Source: Harriotta raleighana (lineage: Eukaryota). Taken from it: 64,000 bases of DNA. The stretch lies in contig JBNZDD010013714.1 in NCBI GenBank assembly GCA_050575255.1, positions 6,330,205-6,394,204 on the forward strand, given 5' to 3'. This document shows, one piece after another, positions 11,457 to 25,552 of this stretch (within the stretch, counting starts at the first letter, position 1; each line of letters opens with the position of its first letter). Below the pieces are notes generated by a model, which saw only the letters and a program-made list of their open reading frames with translations, was not told where the DNA came from and did no database searches. A program made the position numbers and the translations under genes.

Positions 11457-14400
11457 AGCCAGTTAGAGCTTTTGAACGAAGCGTAAGGAGAGAAAATGGA
11501 AAAGGATGTACTTGTAAAATGCCTTGATGAAGCCCTGCATCACAACAATCAAACACAATTTCACCTGACTACCCACTTAAATAGTCACATTAACTTTTAT
11601 AAATTCTCTTCCCCCTTGCCTTTACTTTCCTTCTTTCTGTGATACACTCAGGGTTTCATTGCCTGAACCAGGTGGGTCCACAGTATTCTAGGCACTATTA
11701 TCTATTGACGAGTCTGCCTAGTTTATCAAAGGGTCTTGGAAGGGAGATATATCACTTAGAGATGGAATTCCTCCCATTAGCTCTAAATAATCATGAAAGG
11801 CAATGCCCTAATGGTTATTGCTGTTTTTGACTGGGTCATATTGATTACATTAACTTTTATTTCACATTCCTCTTATATCCTTTTTCCCACTTAACCTTTT
11901 TTGGTTTCTTATTCTCATACTTTACACTTTCAATGTCAGCTACAAGCCCAGTATCACCTTTTTCGAACAGTTTAGTTGTCATTTTTGCAGCTCTCTTTAT
12001 CTGCTCAAACCATTTTATTTCAAATACAATGTTCTGTGTTTCATATCTTTCCTTCCCTCTTTAGATTTCTCAATGGCTGTGCTCCCTAGCTTAGCTCAGT
12101 TTTTCCTTCCCTTTTTAGATGAGGCCTTGTGGCCAAGATATTGTTTGTAGCCTTTTCCTTCTTTAAACCAATAGAAAACAGCAAGTGTTACCACTTGTAG
12201 CTTCCATGCTGAGTTAAGCCTTGACTTTGACTTTGATCAAGTCCTCTACAGGTGACTTTCTTTACTTCCCAGCCAAGATGAAAGATGCAATATCTTGCTG
12301 TGGTTCAGCACATCAGCTCAAGAGGGTAGAAGGTAACTGGGGACAGCCTTACTTCTCAACAAAGTCTACCTCCTGTCAGCAGATATTGATTAGCATTGAT
12401 GCCGACTGTGAGATCATCTCATCTTCTTAGCTGAAAGAGAATAGTGTGGCTAGAGTAGCCTGGAGCATGGTAAAAGAAATATAACTTTAAAAAAATGCCC
12501 AAAGAATATGAATACCAGTTAAGTCAGCCACCCTGAGTGGTAAAGAGCACGAGAAAAGAAAACAATGAAAGCAGCTGGGTTTTGTCAGTCTATTCTGCAA
12601 TATAAATTGCTTATAAAAATTAGATGCTAACTGCGCTGCTGTTTATGTATTTGTTGTATCTGATATTTTTAAGGAAAAGACACTAAGAATTTATCTTTAT
12701 TTGCAAGAGTCATGTCAGTCAATCTAGGTATGCTGAAGGTCAATGCATATCCAGATTTCAGGTCAGCAGCATAAAGTTAAAGCACAAAATAATTTTGCTA
12801 AAACCCAGGGGAAGTATTGTATTCATTTCATTATTGCTCTCAAAAATACCAGGGCTCCAGAATAAACATTTAAAAGAAAAGAAATTAATCAAATGTTTCT
12901 GATATAAAAATGGTACATAATTTGAAGGAAAGGATGACTGTCTGGGTACTAAATTGAGAAGGCATTCAGAGTTCATTCAATTTTGTAACTACAAAACTTC
13001 AGTCCTGATATATCAACTGCCAAAATCAAGTGCACTGCATATAATTCAGCAAGTTTATTTGTTGAAGTAAAAACTCATGAAAGATTTGCTTCTTTGCCAA
13101 GACTAATATATTTGTACAGCCAAAACCCTTAAATTTGTAGTAAGCTTGCAGTCCTGCAGAAAGACAGATGGAGCACTACACCATGGAAAACAGACCTCCC
13201 TATTGCATTCTTGTATAAATAGATGTCAAATGTGTTGATCTGAAAACAGCTGTCTCCTTCACAGAACAAAGGTACATGCATATAATAAACATGCTGCGTA
13301 GAGCAATCTGCCAATGTAACTTCATATTGGTTCAGGTCACGTTACATTTCTGCTTATTTGATTTGCTTCAAATACCAAACTGTTTTTCTGAGTTCCTTTG
13401 CTCCGTTGCCTTGGAAACAAATCAAGATAAGAAAGGCTATCAAAAATAGGAGCAAACCAATACAGTCACAAGATTAGTACTTCTGTATGAAACTTCCCAT
13501 TACTAATGATTGTCATGGAACTTTGATACCCGGGCGGCAAATTTGTAAACTTAATCGTTAATTTCAAATACGCTCATTGATAATGGTTTCCATACAGTAT
13601 TAACGCAAATCCATTAATATGACTTGATAAAGACTAGTCTCTAAATTGTATCCAATTCTTTTATTAAAGTTAATAAAAGAAGTCAGCAAAACATGAACAT
13701 CTGTGGTGGATTACAACTGCGATTTGTGAACAGCATAGATGATTGTTTCTTGAAGCTAGGTCTAATGTTCGCATCAGGTTAATTCAAATCAAGATGTTAC
13801 ACAGATTGCTTTGAACTCCTTCAAAAGTGCAGAGATTAAAAGATGACAGCTTTGAATGATGGTGGTGCTTTAACCAGGAGAAATGAGCCGTTTGTATATG
13901 AAGTGACTGATATCAGCTGCTTCTAGAAAGAATCGTGGATTGAATTCTAAACAACACCTTACTGGAAATCAAGTCTTTTGCGATTAAAGTGAAAAAAAAT
14001 CAAGATTAAGATTATACAGCTCGGATTTGGAAACCAGTGGCTCGTTTACTCTGCTGTAGGTCATTTACAAACAGCAGTTATAAGCACAAAGCACAAATTC
14101 AACTTCCCACGTCTAATCGTGAAAGTGGTGTTGCAAATCCATATGCTGCCCAAAGTGGGTCTTAAAGACCTATCAGCAGATGGGCTACAGCTCGCTGCGG
14201 AGAAAGCCCAGGTTGTGCTTCTGGACTCAATCCTCTCTGAAGCCATGTGGTCAGGAGGCTTAATGACAATGGCCTATTACATGTTCCAATCATTTGCAAT
14301 ATTGAAAGAATGTTACCAGACTTTCAGCCTTCTATAAAATTACACCACAGATGTTGCTTGTAGTTACTCTAGACTCTCATACTTCCTTGTGCACCGCTAT

Positions 14401-14541
14401 ACTGTTCTGTTGCAGCCATACCTGCCATTCTGTATCTATCCAAATAATCCACAGTGAAATTTCACATACCACTATTCCTCACATGGAATTTTTCCCTAGA
14501 AAGTGTAGTAAAAGTCTGACCACGCATACAACAGTGTTGAC

Positions 14542-14718
14542 AACAACAACAACAACAACAAAATTACATTTATAGAGCGCGTTTCACGTCAGGAGGACGT
14601 CCCAAGGCGCTGGACAGATGATTTAAGACCCGAGCAGGGGGAAATGTTCAGGGCGAGGGGGGAGGGGGAGGGTGGGAGCAAGGAGGAGGTAGAGAGTCGA
14701 GAGGGGAGCTGAAGGCAC
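14542..14718 (-). mobile_element. Young L2-A 3' end with a 6-bp target-site duplication
   Basis: Matches the reverse of ~54309-54483, has a (CAA)n tail, and GTTGAC flanks it at 14536-14541 and 14719-14724. Confidence 0.9.
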
Positions 14719-15368
14719 GTTGACCATTGTTATCTATACCAAGTCACTTCTGGGAAACAGTGATCTGTCTGTTACACCAAGTACAATTTTCTCTAAGCAC
14801 TTTTATGCTTCCAACAATTATGTGGGACAACCTTATGAGACGACTGCTCTAGCTGGTATTCTATTTCAATATCACCTTATGTATAGGAGATGGAGGATTG
14901 TTTATTCCATTTGAGTTAAGGGCAGGTTCCTGCTGTAAAGTGGTGTTTGGCACATATGGAAAATCCATCACCATGCTTAAGAGTATACAAACCATGCTGA
15001 GATTTCCATGCATCCCACTTACACATGGAAATCCCAGAGATAAATTGTTGGAATGGACTGCACACTCTCTCCCTGGATGGATGCATCTTTCTTACCTAAT
15101 TCCAGAAAGTATTATTCACAGGTTGACAAGAGCCAAGGCTTGGGGACCCCAGGGTGTATTTCGGGGTAATGCTGGATTCTAGCCAGGTAAAACCGCAGAG
15201 CTTGCCATTTAAATAGCTAAACATTCCCGCTACTTTTCCAAGTAGGACCATCCTACCTGTTAGGCTTTGGTTTGCAGGGATAACAGGAGCTGAGTGGGAA
15301 GATTCCTCCCCAGTGAATGTTCTGCCCTTTCAGGCCCTGCCGATGCATCAGGTTGGCTATGCTGTACT

Positions 15369-15817
15369 CAACAACAACAACAAAGTTACATTTATAGAGT
15401 GCATTTCACATTGGTAGGACGTCCCAAGATGCTGGATAGTCAGGGTTCATGTCCCGAACAAGCGGGGTGGGATGAGGGAGGGCAGAGAGGTATGATGGTG
15501 GTTACAGGCACAGTCGAAGAGGAGGGTATGAGACCGATCTTGAAGGAGGTAAGGGAGGGAGCAAGGCAAAGTTATTGTGGGATGGAGTTCCAAAGTGTGG
15601 GGCAGAGAGGCTGAAAGCCCAGCCACAAGTGGTAGGATGGTCAGGCAGGCCAGAACTTGCTGAATGGAGGGAGTGGACAGGTTGTTAGAGGGTCAGCAGG
15701 TCAGAGAGGTAGGAGGGGGCAAGGCCGTGGAGGGCCTTCAAAATGAGGACGAGTATCTTGAATTCGATCCTCTGAGGGATGGGGAGCCAGAGGAACCAGG
15801 CAAGGATGGGGGTGATC
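15369..15817 (-). mobile_element. Older L2-A-related 3' fragment
   Basis: (CAA)n tail plus a diverged match to ~53985-54480 (e.g. atcttgaattcgatcctctgagggatggggagccag). Confidence 0.85.
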
Positions 15818-18790
15818 GGGTAATCAACAGTGTCCTGGAATACTGTGGACCCACCTCACTCAGGAACTGGACTAGACCGTCACAGAAGACTGGCTCGATT
15901 CTGACATTTTGTTGTCGGTCATGTCACTTTGGATCCAGTTCAGCTCCAAAGAGACCCCAGTTACCATCCCCCACCCAAGGAGGATGGTCACTAGTTGGTC
16001 CTCCAACAAGCACAGGTTTGAGCCCTCACTGGGTGAATGGTAGGTACAAGTTTCCCAGTGGCCAACGCATCTCAGCATGAACTACCTAATGCACTGGATT
16101 GTACAGAGTTATAAATGAAAACTATTTTTTTGAAGTCATAGAAATATTTGGTCTAAAGTGAAATTTATAACAATTAAAGTACGGAGAGATTTTTTTCTAT
16201 TCATCATGTTCTCCCTCTCTCTTTCTTACCGCAACCTTTCCTGCTTTACTTCATATATTTTCTCCAATAGTTTAATTCCTTCAGTTTCACTCTTTACGTT
16301 AAAAAACTTCCTCCCGTTTCCTTACTCCTCCTTTGTCCAACTTCAGTTTTCATTTTAATTCCAGATCCACTTTTTTTCTGGTCTCTCCAACTGCTTTGGA
16401 GAATCTACTTCTCTGTCCTCATTCTATGCTTTTTAGCCCCTCCGATAATCTTTGCTCAGCTCCCATTTGTCTCTTTATGTTTTACAGCCAACCAATTTCT
16501 GAGCTCACCAGCATAGCTCCTTTGTTCCAAACCAATGCCTCTATTAGAGCTCAGGATATTAAACTGTGATCCCCAAATCCTACTTGCTGCCTCTCCAAGC
16601 CAAAAATTTTGATTGATAACTGCAACTCTGAATCAGCTCCCAATGCACAAAAATTTCTGACTGCCACCTTCCCAATCTTGCAACATGTTTCTGTAACATT
16701 GCAGCAACCGTGTACATAATAAAGTCAAATGTCCAACTTCTTTGGTAGTCTACACTTCAGACTGCGAAACAATGAAGAAACAGGTGTAACAGAAGCCAGA
16801 GAGATGTTCATATTCAATTAGACAAAACTGCCAAATGTTTTCCTCACAGACAGCAGACCGTAGGAAGGATTGTTCCTGACTGATCATATCCGCGCTTCTT
16901 TACTGAGTCAGTCTCTATGCTTAAACACATATAATTGTGTTTAGTTCAGAAAATATGGACTGTTTTATCAAAACCTTAACTGAAAAGTCTGCCTGTATTG
17001 ATGAGAAAACTTAATATTGCTGGGAAATGAAAACTGTTAAATTGAATAATGTAGAAATTGTGAAAATCAATTGAAACGAAATTCGGAGATGTCAGAGGAG
17101 CAATGTTACAGACAATACAAAAAATCATCAATCTCCACTTGAAGACTAGGCAGATGGGTTTCCATAAGACACCATCTCTGACAATGCGAGACTTCCCCAA
17201 TGCTGAAGTTTCAGTTTGCACAATGATTTCAAATGCTGACATGAGGCTTAAACACATAACTTTTTGACTCAGAGTTGGGAAGGCAACAATGCAGAGCCAG
17301 GCTGGCATCTGACAGTTAAAACCTTATTTCCCCAATCATCAGTGGATTGAATATGTCATCCAACCTCTTGGCGCATCATTATCTTTGCATGTAGCAGCAA
17401 TAAAAGCCACTGTACAATATCCTCCTTGGTGTATGCTGAGAGAACTCTCCAACTGCCTCCTCCGTAGACTTATCTACCTCTTCTGGGAGAAAGTCCTGAA
17501 GAACCCTGCACAAGCAAACAGTTCTTTACACTTCGTGGAGTGAGAGATAAAGTGAAATGACAGCTGCAACAGATGGAATGGGCAGATGCAATGTGATATA
17601 TGGTGTGGTAGGGAAAGTGGAGCAGAGGCGAATTCACTGACCAGAACAGAAAGAGATTCATCTGTGGAACGCGTGCCAGGTTATCTTGGCATAGGTCTGA
17701 ATGGTATTGGCATTAAACACATCTCTGAGTCGAGCCTCGCTTAAACTGGCACCGATACAGCATGCATAAATTGGGTAAACTGTATTACATTTTAGAGATT
17801 GGATTTTAGCCAATTTGAGGTTTGAACTGTTTTCCAAAATGCACTATCATCATGACATTAGAACCACAACAGGGAAGGTGTGAGGCTCTGAAGTGAAGAC
17901 TTTGAAGAATTAACTGATTAGGGCTTAAATGTGGGTTAATTAAATGTGGTGAATATTTATAGCAGGGAGTTTTGTAGTTCACATGAGAAAATACTTCTAT
18001 GTACTCTCCTCTCTACATTAGATTTTACTTTGGAGGAAGAAATAAATCGTCTTTGTTCCTTTATGTTCTCCAGGGCTCGCAGAACCACAGGGATTCTAGC
18101 ACACAGCAAAATCCAATTTAAAATGTAATTTGCATAGGGACAACCATCCCCTCTCTTACCCTGCCACATCAATCCTTTGTCAGTAGATGTTAGCATTGTA
18201 ATACAGTAATAATAATACTTCCATTTAGTGTAGCACCTTTCACGTTGGGAGGAAGTCCCAAAGGGCCTCAAAGGATTTTACTGTAAAGTATAGTGATTGT
18301 GTATTGGTGGGTGAAATCGGCAGCCAATTTGCACTCAGCAATATCCTACAAACATTACCTGATGTGAAAGGCACCATACAAATATAATTTTGTTGTTGTT
18401 GTTACCCATCTCTTTGGATATCTGAAAGACTATTTTAATGTAAAAATAGAATCAGATTTGTTTGTATCTTAAAAATAGTATTCTGGAAATTCAATGCTGT
18501 CAATTTCACAATGTGACTCAAATGTAGGGAACCCAAACCTAAAGATTAGAGACCCGTTACTGATGCCAATTTATTCATCAGAATATCCACAAATATTTGT
18601 AATGCCACAGACATGCTCTGATAGTGCCACTGTATTTCATCATTTTATATTTTAATCATTTACAATTTAAACTCTGGAGTATTAATAATGGGATCAAAAT
18701 GTAATATCCATAGTCTAGAAGCTAAGTGTAAATTTTTACTTCCAGTTTGCTTGAATGCATTTTCCAACCCCAACATGGTAGCTGTAAATC

Positions 18791-19167
18791 TAATAATGAT
18801 AATCCTTATAGTACCTTATCATGCTGAATTGTCTCAAAGCCCTTCTGCAAAGTATAACAACCATGTGTTTATAGACAAACACAGCTACCAATTTGCACAG
18901 AGCAATGTCCTACACATCCATGCAGTAAATGACCATTTTTCATCTAGGGGATTGTTGACCTTTGAATAGTGCTATGGGTCGTTTACTATCCATCTGAGCA
19001 GGCAAACTCCTGTTTAACGTCTCATCTGAAAGATGGCACCTCTGATAATGCTGTTCTCCTCCAGCATTACACTGGATAGTTAGTCTAGACTATGAGCTCA
19101 AACCCTCAATGTCAGGCTCGAATCCACAACCTTCTGTTTCAGAAGTGCTGTCAACTTAGCCATGCTG
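18791..19167 (-). mobile_element. DeuSINE (SacSINE1/AmnSINE1-like), near full length
   Basis: tRNA-like head, Deu-domain core (reverse of tttaacgtctcatctgaaagatggcacctctga) and L2-type tail. Confidence 0.75.
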
Positions 19168-22100
19168 CTAGCTCTAAACATTCGATAGGAAAAACAGCAG
19201 TCTTTCCCACTTATTCCACTCTGCTTGAAGAATCATAACAACCAATAAAGTATATTATAGAACAACAACAAAACAACATTACATTTGAAGAGCGCCTTTC
19301 ACGTTGGGAGGACATCTTGAGGCTCTGAAGTTCTGATCACAGTCCAAACTAACCCTGACCTTAGAATTGTCTGGAATTCCACAGCAGTTGATTTGCATCA
19401 GTGCTGTTATAAATGGCTGATATGACTCCCCTGCTGATTTCAGCTTAAAATCAAAACTCTGGTTTTCAATCAGGCAGGTAATTCAATAGCTTGCAGTGTG
19501 TGAGCTGAGATGGGGGCAGCGCTCGGTATAAGGCTTAAACCCTGGGGAATTGCATTCAGTTCAGGTCATCTCAAACCTAACTGAATGTACTCTCTCCAGG
19601 CCTCAAACTATTAATAGGGGTCGTTTCCATGGGGCTTCTCTGCTGAAAGGCAAAGTGATATCATAATACAACAAAAGCTTTGTGCTATAATCTATTTAGA
19701 ATTATCAAATCAGAACATACAGTAATGGACACCTCAATGAAATTGCTTCTCATAACTAGTCACAAGTAATCTATGGAAAATACATTAAATGAATAGAACT
19801 TCACAGCTAAGATTTTTCAGTTAAATTGGATTACAATGTTTTTCACTAGAAATATTTGCTTTTCACGTTTTCCTGCAATAGATAAGACTAATGATTTTCA
19901 CAAAATATGTTTTCGAACAGAAAGTTAATGCAAATTTAATGTTTACTGTCTATCAGATGCTGTCAAATTCATTTAAATTCCACAAGTGAGATCTTGTGTC
20001 GGTAAGTATCACACCTCTCCATTCGACAAATCTCTTGAGGTTATTCCTGATGTATGGATACTATATTGAAAACCACACCTGTGCTCACCACCTGCAAACA
20101 TTACCTTATTTTTCTAATGACTTGACTCATATTTTAGCAGAGCCTGAAATTACAAAATAGTTCTTTGGATATAACTGATGTGGTTATCTACTTGCGAAGT
20201 TTTATGCCCATCAAAGAAAAAATTAGGGCAGTATGACATAAGATAATGGCTTGAGTGGAAGAGATTTTATAAGACCATGGAATCCACTCAAACTTTAGTG
20301 CTCTTGGAGTCAATGGAATAGGTTGCCAAAATTGAGTTGGTTGGAATATGGTTGAGACTTTCATAGAAGAGAAACAACAGAAAGACAATTGTGGAACTAC
20401 GGAAGCAGAATGCTGAAGTCTTGCAGTATCCATGATCACTTTGTACACACTATCTGATGAGCTGATTGATTTAAGCTGAGATACACCTTTGATATCTTGA
20501 CAATTTGTTTTACCTCAGCAACTCATTACAACTCAGCTGATGCTTGGAAGTTAGAGAAGACTGGAGTGGAGAAAAATACAATCAGAGAGGGCGAAATTTC
20601 TCAGGCTCCTTTGCATTACATAAGAAAACCCATTATTTTGTACTTTTCATGAACAGTTACATAATAGAAAATGAACATTCATTTTGTATGCCCACCTAGA
20701 TTTTGCAATGAACCTGTAACTAATACAGCAAGCGACTTATAAATCCAATTTCAATAATGAGACTTAATTAGGACTTACAAAACCAACCACAGAACTTCCA
20801 CTTTGTACACCAGAGGCTGTTCCATTTTGGACTTCTGCCAACAGAAATAAATTCAGTTCTATTCATGTCCACCTTTTAGACATGGGCAACTAAGCAAGAC
20901 TGACACACAGATGTATTATCAGTAAAGGCTGAATTAAACAATAAAATAAACTAATTTGACATGAATGACTTCTAAGGAACCCACATTCTCGGTCTTTGAT
21001 TGTACATTTACAACAACTTAATTTCTGATCTATATGCTGTAGCATGATTCGTGTAATGTGGAAAGAACAACTCTCTCCATTGTGTTCATTTACTAAGTAA
21101 TATCAGCAAAGAATAGAAAACTCTGGTAAAATATAAATATCTTGTAATAAAACCTGATAAGAAATAACTGAATAAAGGCATTACTGTAATAACGGCCAAT
21201 TCTCTTCACCAGTTAATCTTTGGTCACTAGAGTCAACTGACTCCCAGTATCAGAATAGAAATTAAATGAGACAATCACTACAAATCTGACAACAACTTGC
21301 ATTTATATAGTGTCAATTCATTCAGGATAGCATCTCAGAGCACTCGCATGTTTACAGAATTTACATATTAGTGGTCTGATCACAATGCTGAAGATATAAA
21401 TACAACCAATGTGGTGCTTGAATCCATGGCCTACTGACTCCAAGGCAAGGGTGCTCCCACCAAGTTAAACTAGCCTCATCAATGTACTGTAATTCTTTCT
21501 TGCAAGGAGTACACCATAACATGCATTCTATAATTAAGAGCAAGGTCATCCCACCACACATAAAGTGGCACAAAGTGAGAAATGTCTGGAAGGAAAATAA
21601 GATTGGAACAGAGAAACAGAATTTACTGGAGGCAATGCTTCAGTGGAAGCTCACTAAGAGGCTTCCGTATTATTGTTTGATATTTGTTGTGACGAAGAGC
21701 TACAATGAGTTCACTAAATATTCTACAAAACTCTAGTAAACATATTAAGATAGTTTTTCTGTGTATTAATATGCCCTGAGTCTAACATTTAGACGGAAAT
21801 GTTTGGATTATGTGAAATGGGAACAAATTATTTTTCTTTCTTGGTCTGCACTAGGAATGTTGTTAAGATGATAAAAGTACCTAGTAAGATTGTTGGTATT
21901 TGTGGAATAAATGTTATGTTAAACAGAAAAATTATATTCTCTGTCCCTGCAATTTGGAGAAACAGAATAAAAAAAGAAACAATTTGTTCAAAGAAAATTG
22001 GCAAATATTTGTTTGAGGTCAGTTCATCCAAACTGGGTAAATTCTCCCAAGATTTCCCTCTGACCTGACTTAATGTTTATTCCTTCCTTCTCTCCTTGCT

Positions 22101-24409
22101 TTTTCACTCTCTCTCAAGCTATGTATATATAATGCCTATCAGATGTTAATATGCCTGTAGTTTCAGGAAATAAGTGAGATATCATAACCTTTTAAAAAAA
22201 CTTCATATATAGTAATAGTCTGCACTAGTGTCAAAACTAATCAGAAACTTTAGCAGTCAACTTGACTTGCAGAACATACTTCAGGTTCTGGAAGGAATCA
22301 CTACTGGGATTCCCAGATTGAGGAAAGCCATTAAAAATCCCAGTCTATTAGATCCCTAATGTACTTTGCAATAAACATGATATCTTATTATTATCAGCCA
22401 TAGAATTAACGGCGAAATGGATCCATGCTTCTTGAGTCTTTCAATCGTTATTAATTCTCCTTTATATTTATTGGTGTGTTGGTGAAGGCAACATCCCTGC
22501 GGAATGAATAATTCTCAGCATAGCCATTAATTTTAACAGTATCCAGATAATGTGCAAACTGGGACCTAAATCTAGCCCTCGATTTTAGAACTGGCACCAT
22601 GTACAAAAATGGTCTTTAGGGAGCCATTAAAGAAAACCCATTTACATGGGCTGATTATTTACAGGGTTTAATGCAAAAACTTATCCACACAGAGAATATT
22701 ACATGGTCTACTTTCAAAGTTAAATATGTTTACAATTACTGCCACCGTACTGCATACTTACCTCCTTTGGACTTTGTTCTTATATAATGGAAGTTTATTA
22801 TATCCAATAGGGCAAAATGAACAAATTAGTTGATATAGATTTGCATACATGAAAGAAAGCCAGGAGCAAAATGGAAGTTAGTTTAAAAAAATGAGGAATC
22901 TGTTTCATTCAGTTTATCTGCAATTGAATTTAAACAAAAATATACATTCTGATGTCTATTTTTAACTTCCTGATAATAGTTGCCTGATGCTTGTATTGTA
23001 CTCTTCTTGCATACCCTCAGTTCTTCACTGCCTGAGTGGACTAGTGGTAACATGGAAAAGGTAACAAATAAATAAGCCTTGATTTATTTCTCAAACTGAT
23101 TGTGGAAGGAGGAGTCCTAAGGTGCAAGTAATCCTAGAGGGTTTCTGGACTGGACTAATGAGTGCAGTGGAGTTGCAAAACTTGTACCCAGAGCATACTT
23201 TCAGTTTGCAAAGGACACAGGATTATAGTTAAAATGCTAACTGTACAGAGAATCCCAGGAAGGAGATTCAGCCTATATCTGTTTTTATTGTATGCATTTA
23301 CAAATACAAACTGGGTCTGAGAGGCATATAGTAGAATAGATATGTTTTGCCCACAAAATACATAATCAATCCGCTTTCCGTGAACTACTTTGAGATATCT
23401 CAACAACATCCTAAGGCATTGTATCAAATGCAAGGATCATTATTTTGTTCGGTTGTTGCCTCCCAACACTCTTGTAAAATGTGTGTTTGTGAGAGGTCAG
23501 AAAGAGTCATTTGAAGTCTGGAAATTGTGTGTATGTGTTAGGCTTATATGGGAGAAGGAAACTTGACCAGAAGGATAAAAAGTTTTTTCTTATTATCAAG
23601 TGCAGCCTGTCCGTTAATGTAGGTAATATTAAGCTCAAGGTGCAGGTTTACATTCCCTTATCAGGGATCTGCAATGTCCCAGAAGAAACCTTTTTTGGTT
23701 TGGCTTCAAACTATCTGTTTCTAAGTGGAAATCAAAGATCTCCTGACATAACTTGTAAAGAGAAGGGAGTTTTTTTTCCTGGTGTCCTGCTCAACAATCC
23801 TCCAGAATCATTGTTTTAATTGACAAAGAATCACACACAACATTACAGCACAGAAAAAGACCATGTAATCCAACTGCTCCATGCCAGTATTTATAAGCCT
23901 CACGATGCCACATGACGATTAACTCAAGGATGTGTGTGGGATGTTGTTCAAGCCAATGCCCGTTGTAGTTGCCTACCAAAATACTACACTTCTGTCTGAA
24001 ATGTATCGTGGTGATAAGACGCTAAGAAAACACAAGTCATTTCTTTCTTCTCTGAACCTTAATTATGAGCAATTATTTGTTTTCAAACTTTTCACAACAT
24101 GAATAATGTAAATGAAGCTGCGCATACAACATAACTTACAGATAGGGTCTCAAGAGGCTAAAAGCAATTCTCTTATTCTCCAAGTAAGACTTTTTGCCAA
24201 AATGGCATGCAGACACATTACAAATCACTGGTCCCTAATGCCCTGTAACAAAGTAATACTCCCTCACATCCAATGAATGTGAGTGAGGCAGTCCTGCACA
24301 CTGCAGTACTTACAGATCCGTTTATCAGGCATTGTTTCTGATTAGCAGTCTTCTCGTTTACCACCATTGTTAGCACAGTAATTATACAGCATTTTTGAGC
24401 CAAGAGCCA

Positions 24410-24655
24410 CTACATAGAATTACACACAATAGTACAACACAGAAACAGGCCATTATAATCTCTAGTTTGATCGTATTTATACTCAATATGAGCCTCCACC
24501 CCTCCGAATCCCCTCTCCGTTACCCCCTCTATTCCATTCACCTGTATGTATGCATTAAATTTCCTGTCAAATACACAATGTTTTTTTTTGCTTCGACCAT
24601 AGTTTCCAACAGTGTGTTTCACCCCCTTCTGGTACATCTCAAGAAAGAATCATGT
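24410..24655 (-). mobile_element. Degenerate CR1 3' end
   Basis: catagaa...acaacacagaaacaggccatt terminal motif. Confidence 0.6.
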
Positions 24656-24779
24656 TCATATTAACTCACTTAATGTTTTTTGAACATTGAAAAATAATTA
24701 TGCACAGTGACACAGGTTTCTTTCATATAATTGACTAGTTTACCTTTAATGAAAAGGGGTTTCTGTTGACACAGTTTTA

Positions 24780-25517
24780 CTATTAAATAAATAAAGCATT
24801 TAATCAAAACCATTTATATATACTATACAAAATACTGAAAGGAAAAATATTCAATTAAAAGGATACAGAAACCAATTTGCTTTCAGAAGGGAACATTATG
24901 AACTGTGTTACATAAGTAGTTTCACAACTGAACGGTACAATATGTACTGAATACAGCTTTAAATTTAAATATGTGTTTTTATACATGGCTGTCAGAAAAC
25001 ATTATACAAGATGGGAATGTATACATATGAGTACAATATACTAACGCTGGATTACAGGATTGCATTAGATTTAGTTTGTTAACACAGGGCTAGTAATAGT
25101 TAAACACTAGGACACAAAAAGCCAATGTCCTTTATAGACGCTCATGTCATTTTCAGTCGAATATATTTTATAAATACAAAGTAATATTTTGAAGTCCGCT
25201 ACACAAACAGTGTTTTCAAGTCACTGCTTAAACAGAGGAAAACTTGAGTTCAGCAGACAAAGGAGTACACTCCACAAGTCATTGGTAAATCTGAAGCAGG
25301 GCTTTTGAAGTGTATTTAAAGGTTTTTGCTCAAAAGATGCATTTGCAAAGAAAAAGTACATTCTTAAAAATGTTTCATTCTATGGGCCATAAGTAACGAT
25401 ATCACTGCCATGACACAGTCCTTTCAAATGGTTTATTTTACATAACTCCCCATTCACGCAGCAATTTACTTCTGGAAAATAATGGGGTGATATTTCCACA
25501 GGTTAACACACATACAT

Positions 25518-25552
<35 letters not shown>

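Noticed and set aside
22754-22763. ATACTTACCT resembling the U1 snRNA 5' end
   Set aside because: The match stops after 10 nt. It is only a consensus donor-like sequence on the minus strand, with no supportable exon.
1-24700. Exons of the mammalian downstream neighbours SNX20, NOD2 or CYLD
   Set aside because: No recognisable coding sequence. Donor-like sites near 3702 and 7596 had stops in the frames I checked. Short or non-coding exons cannot be excluded by eye.
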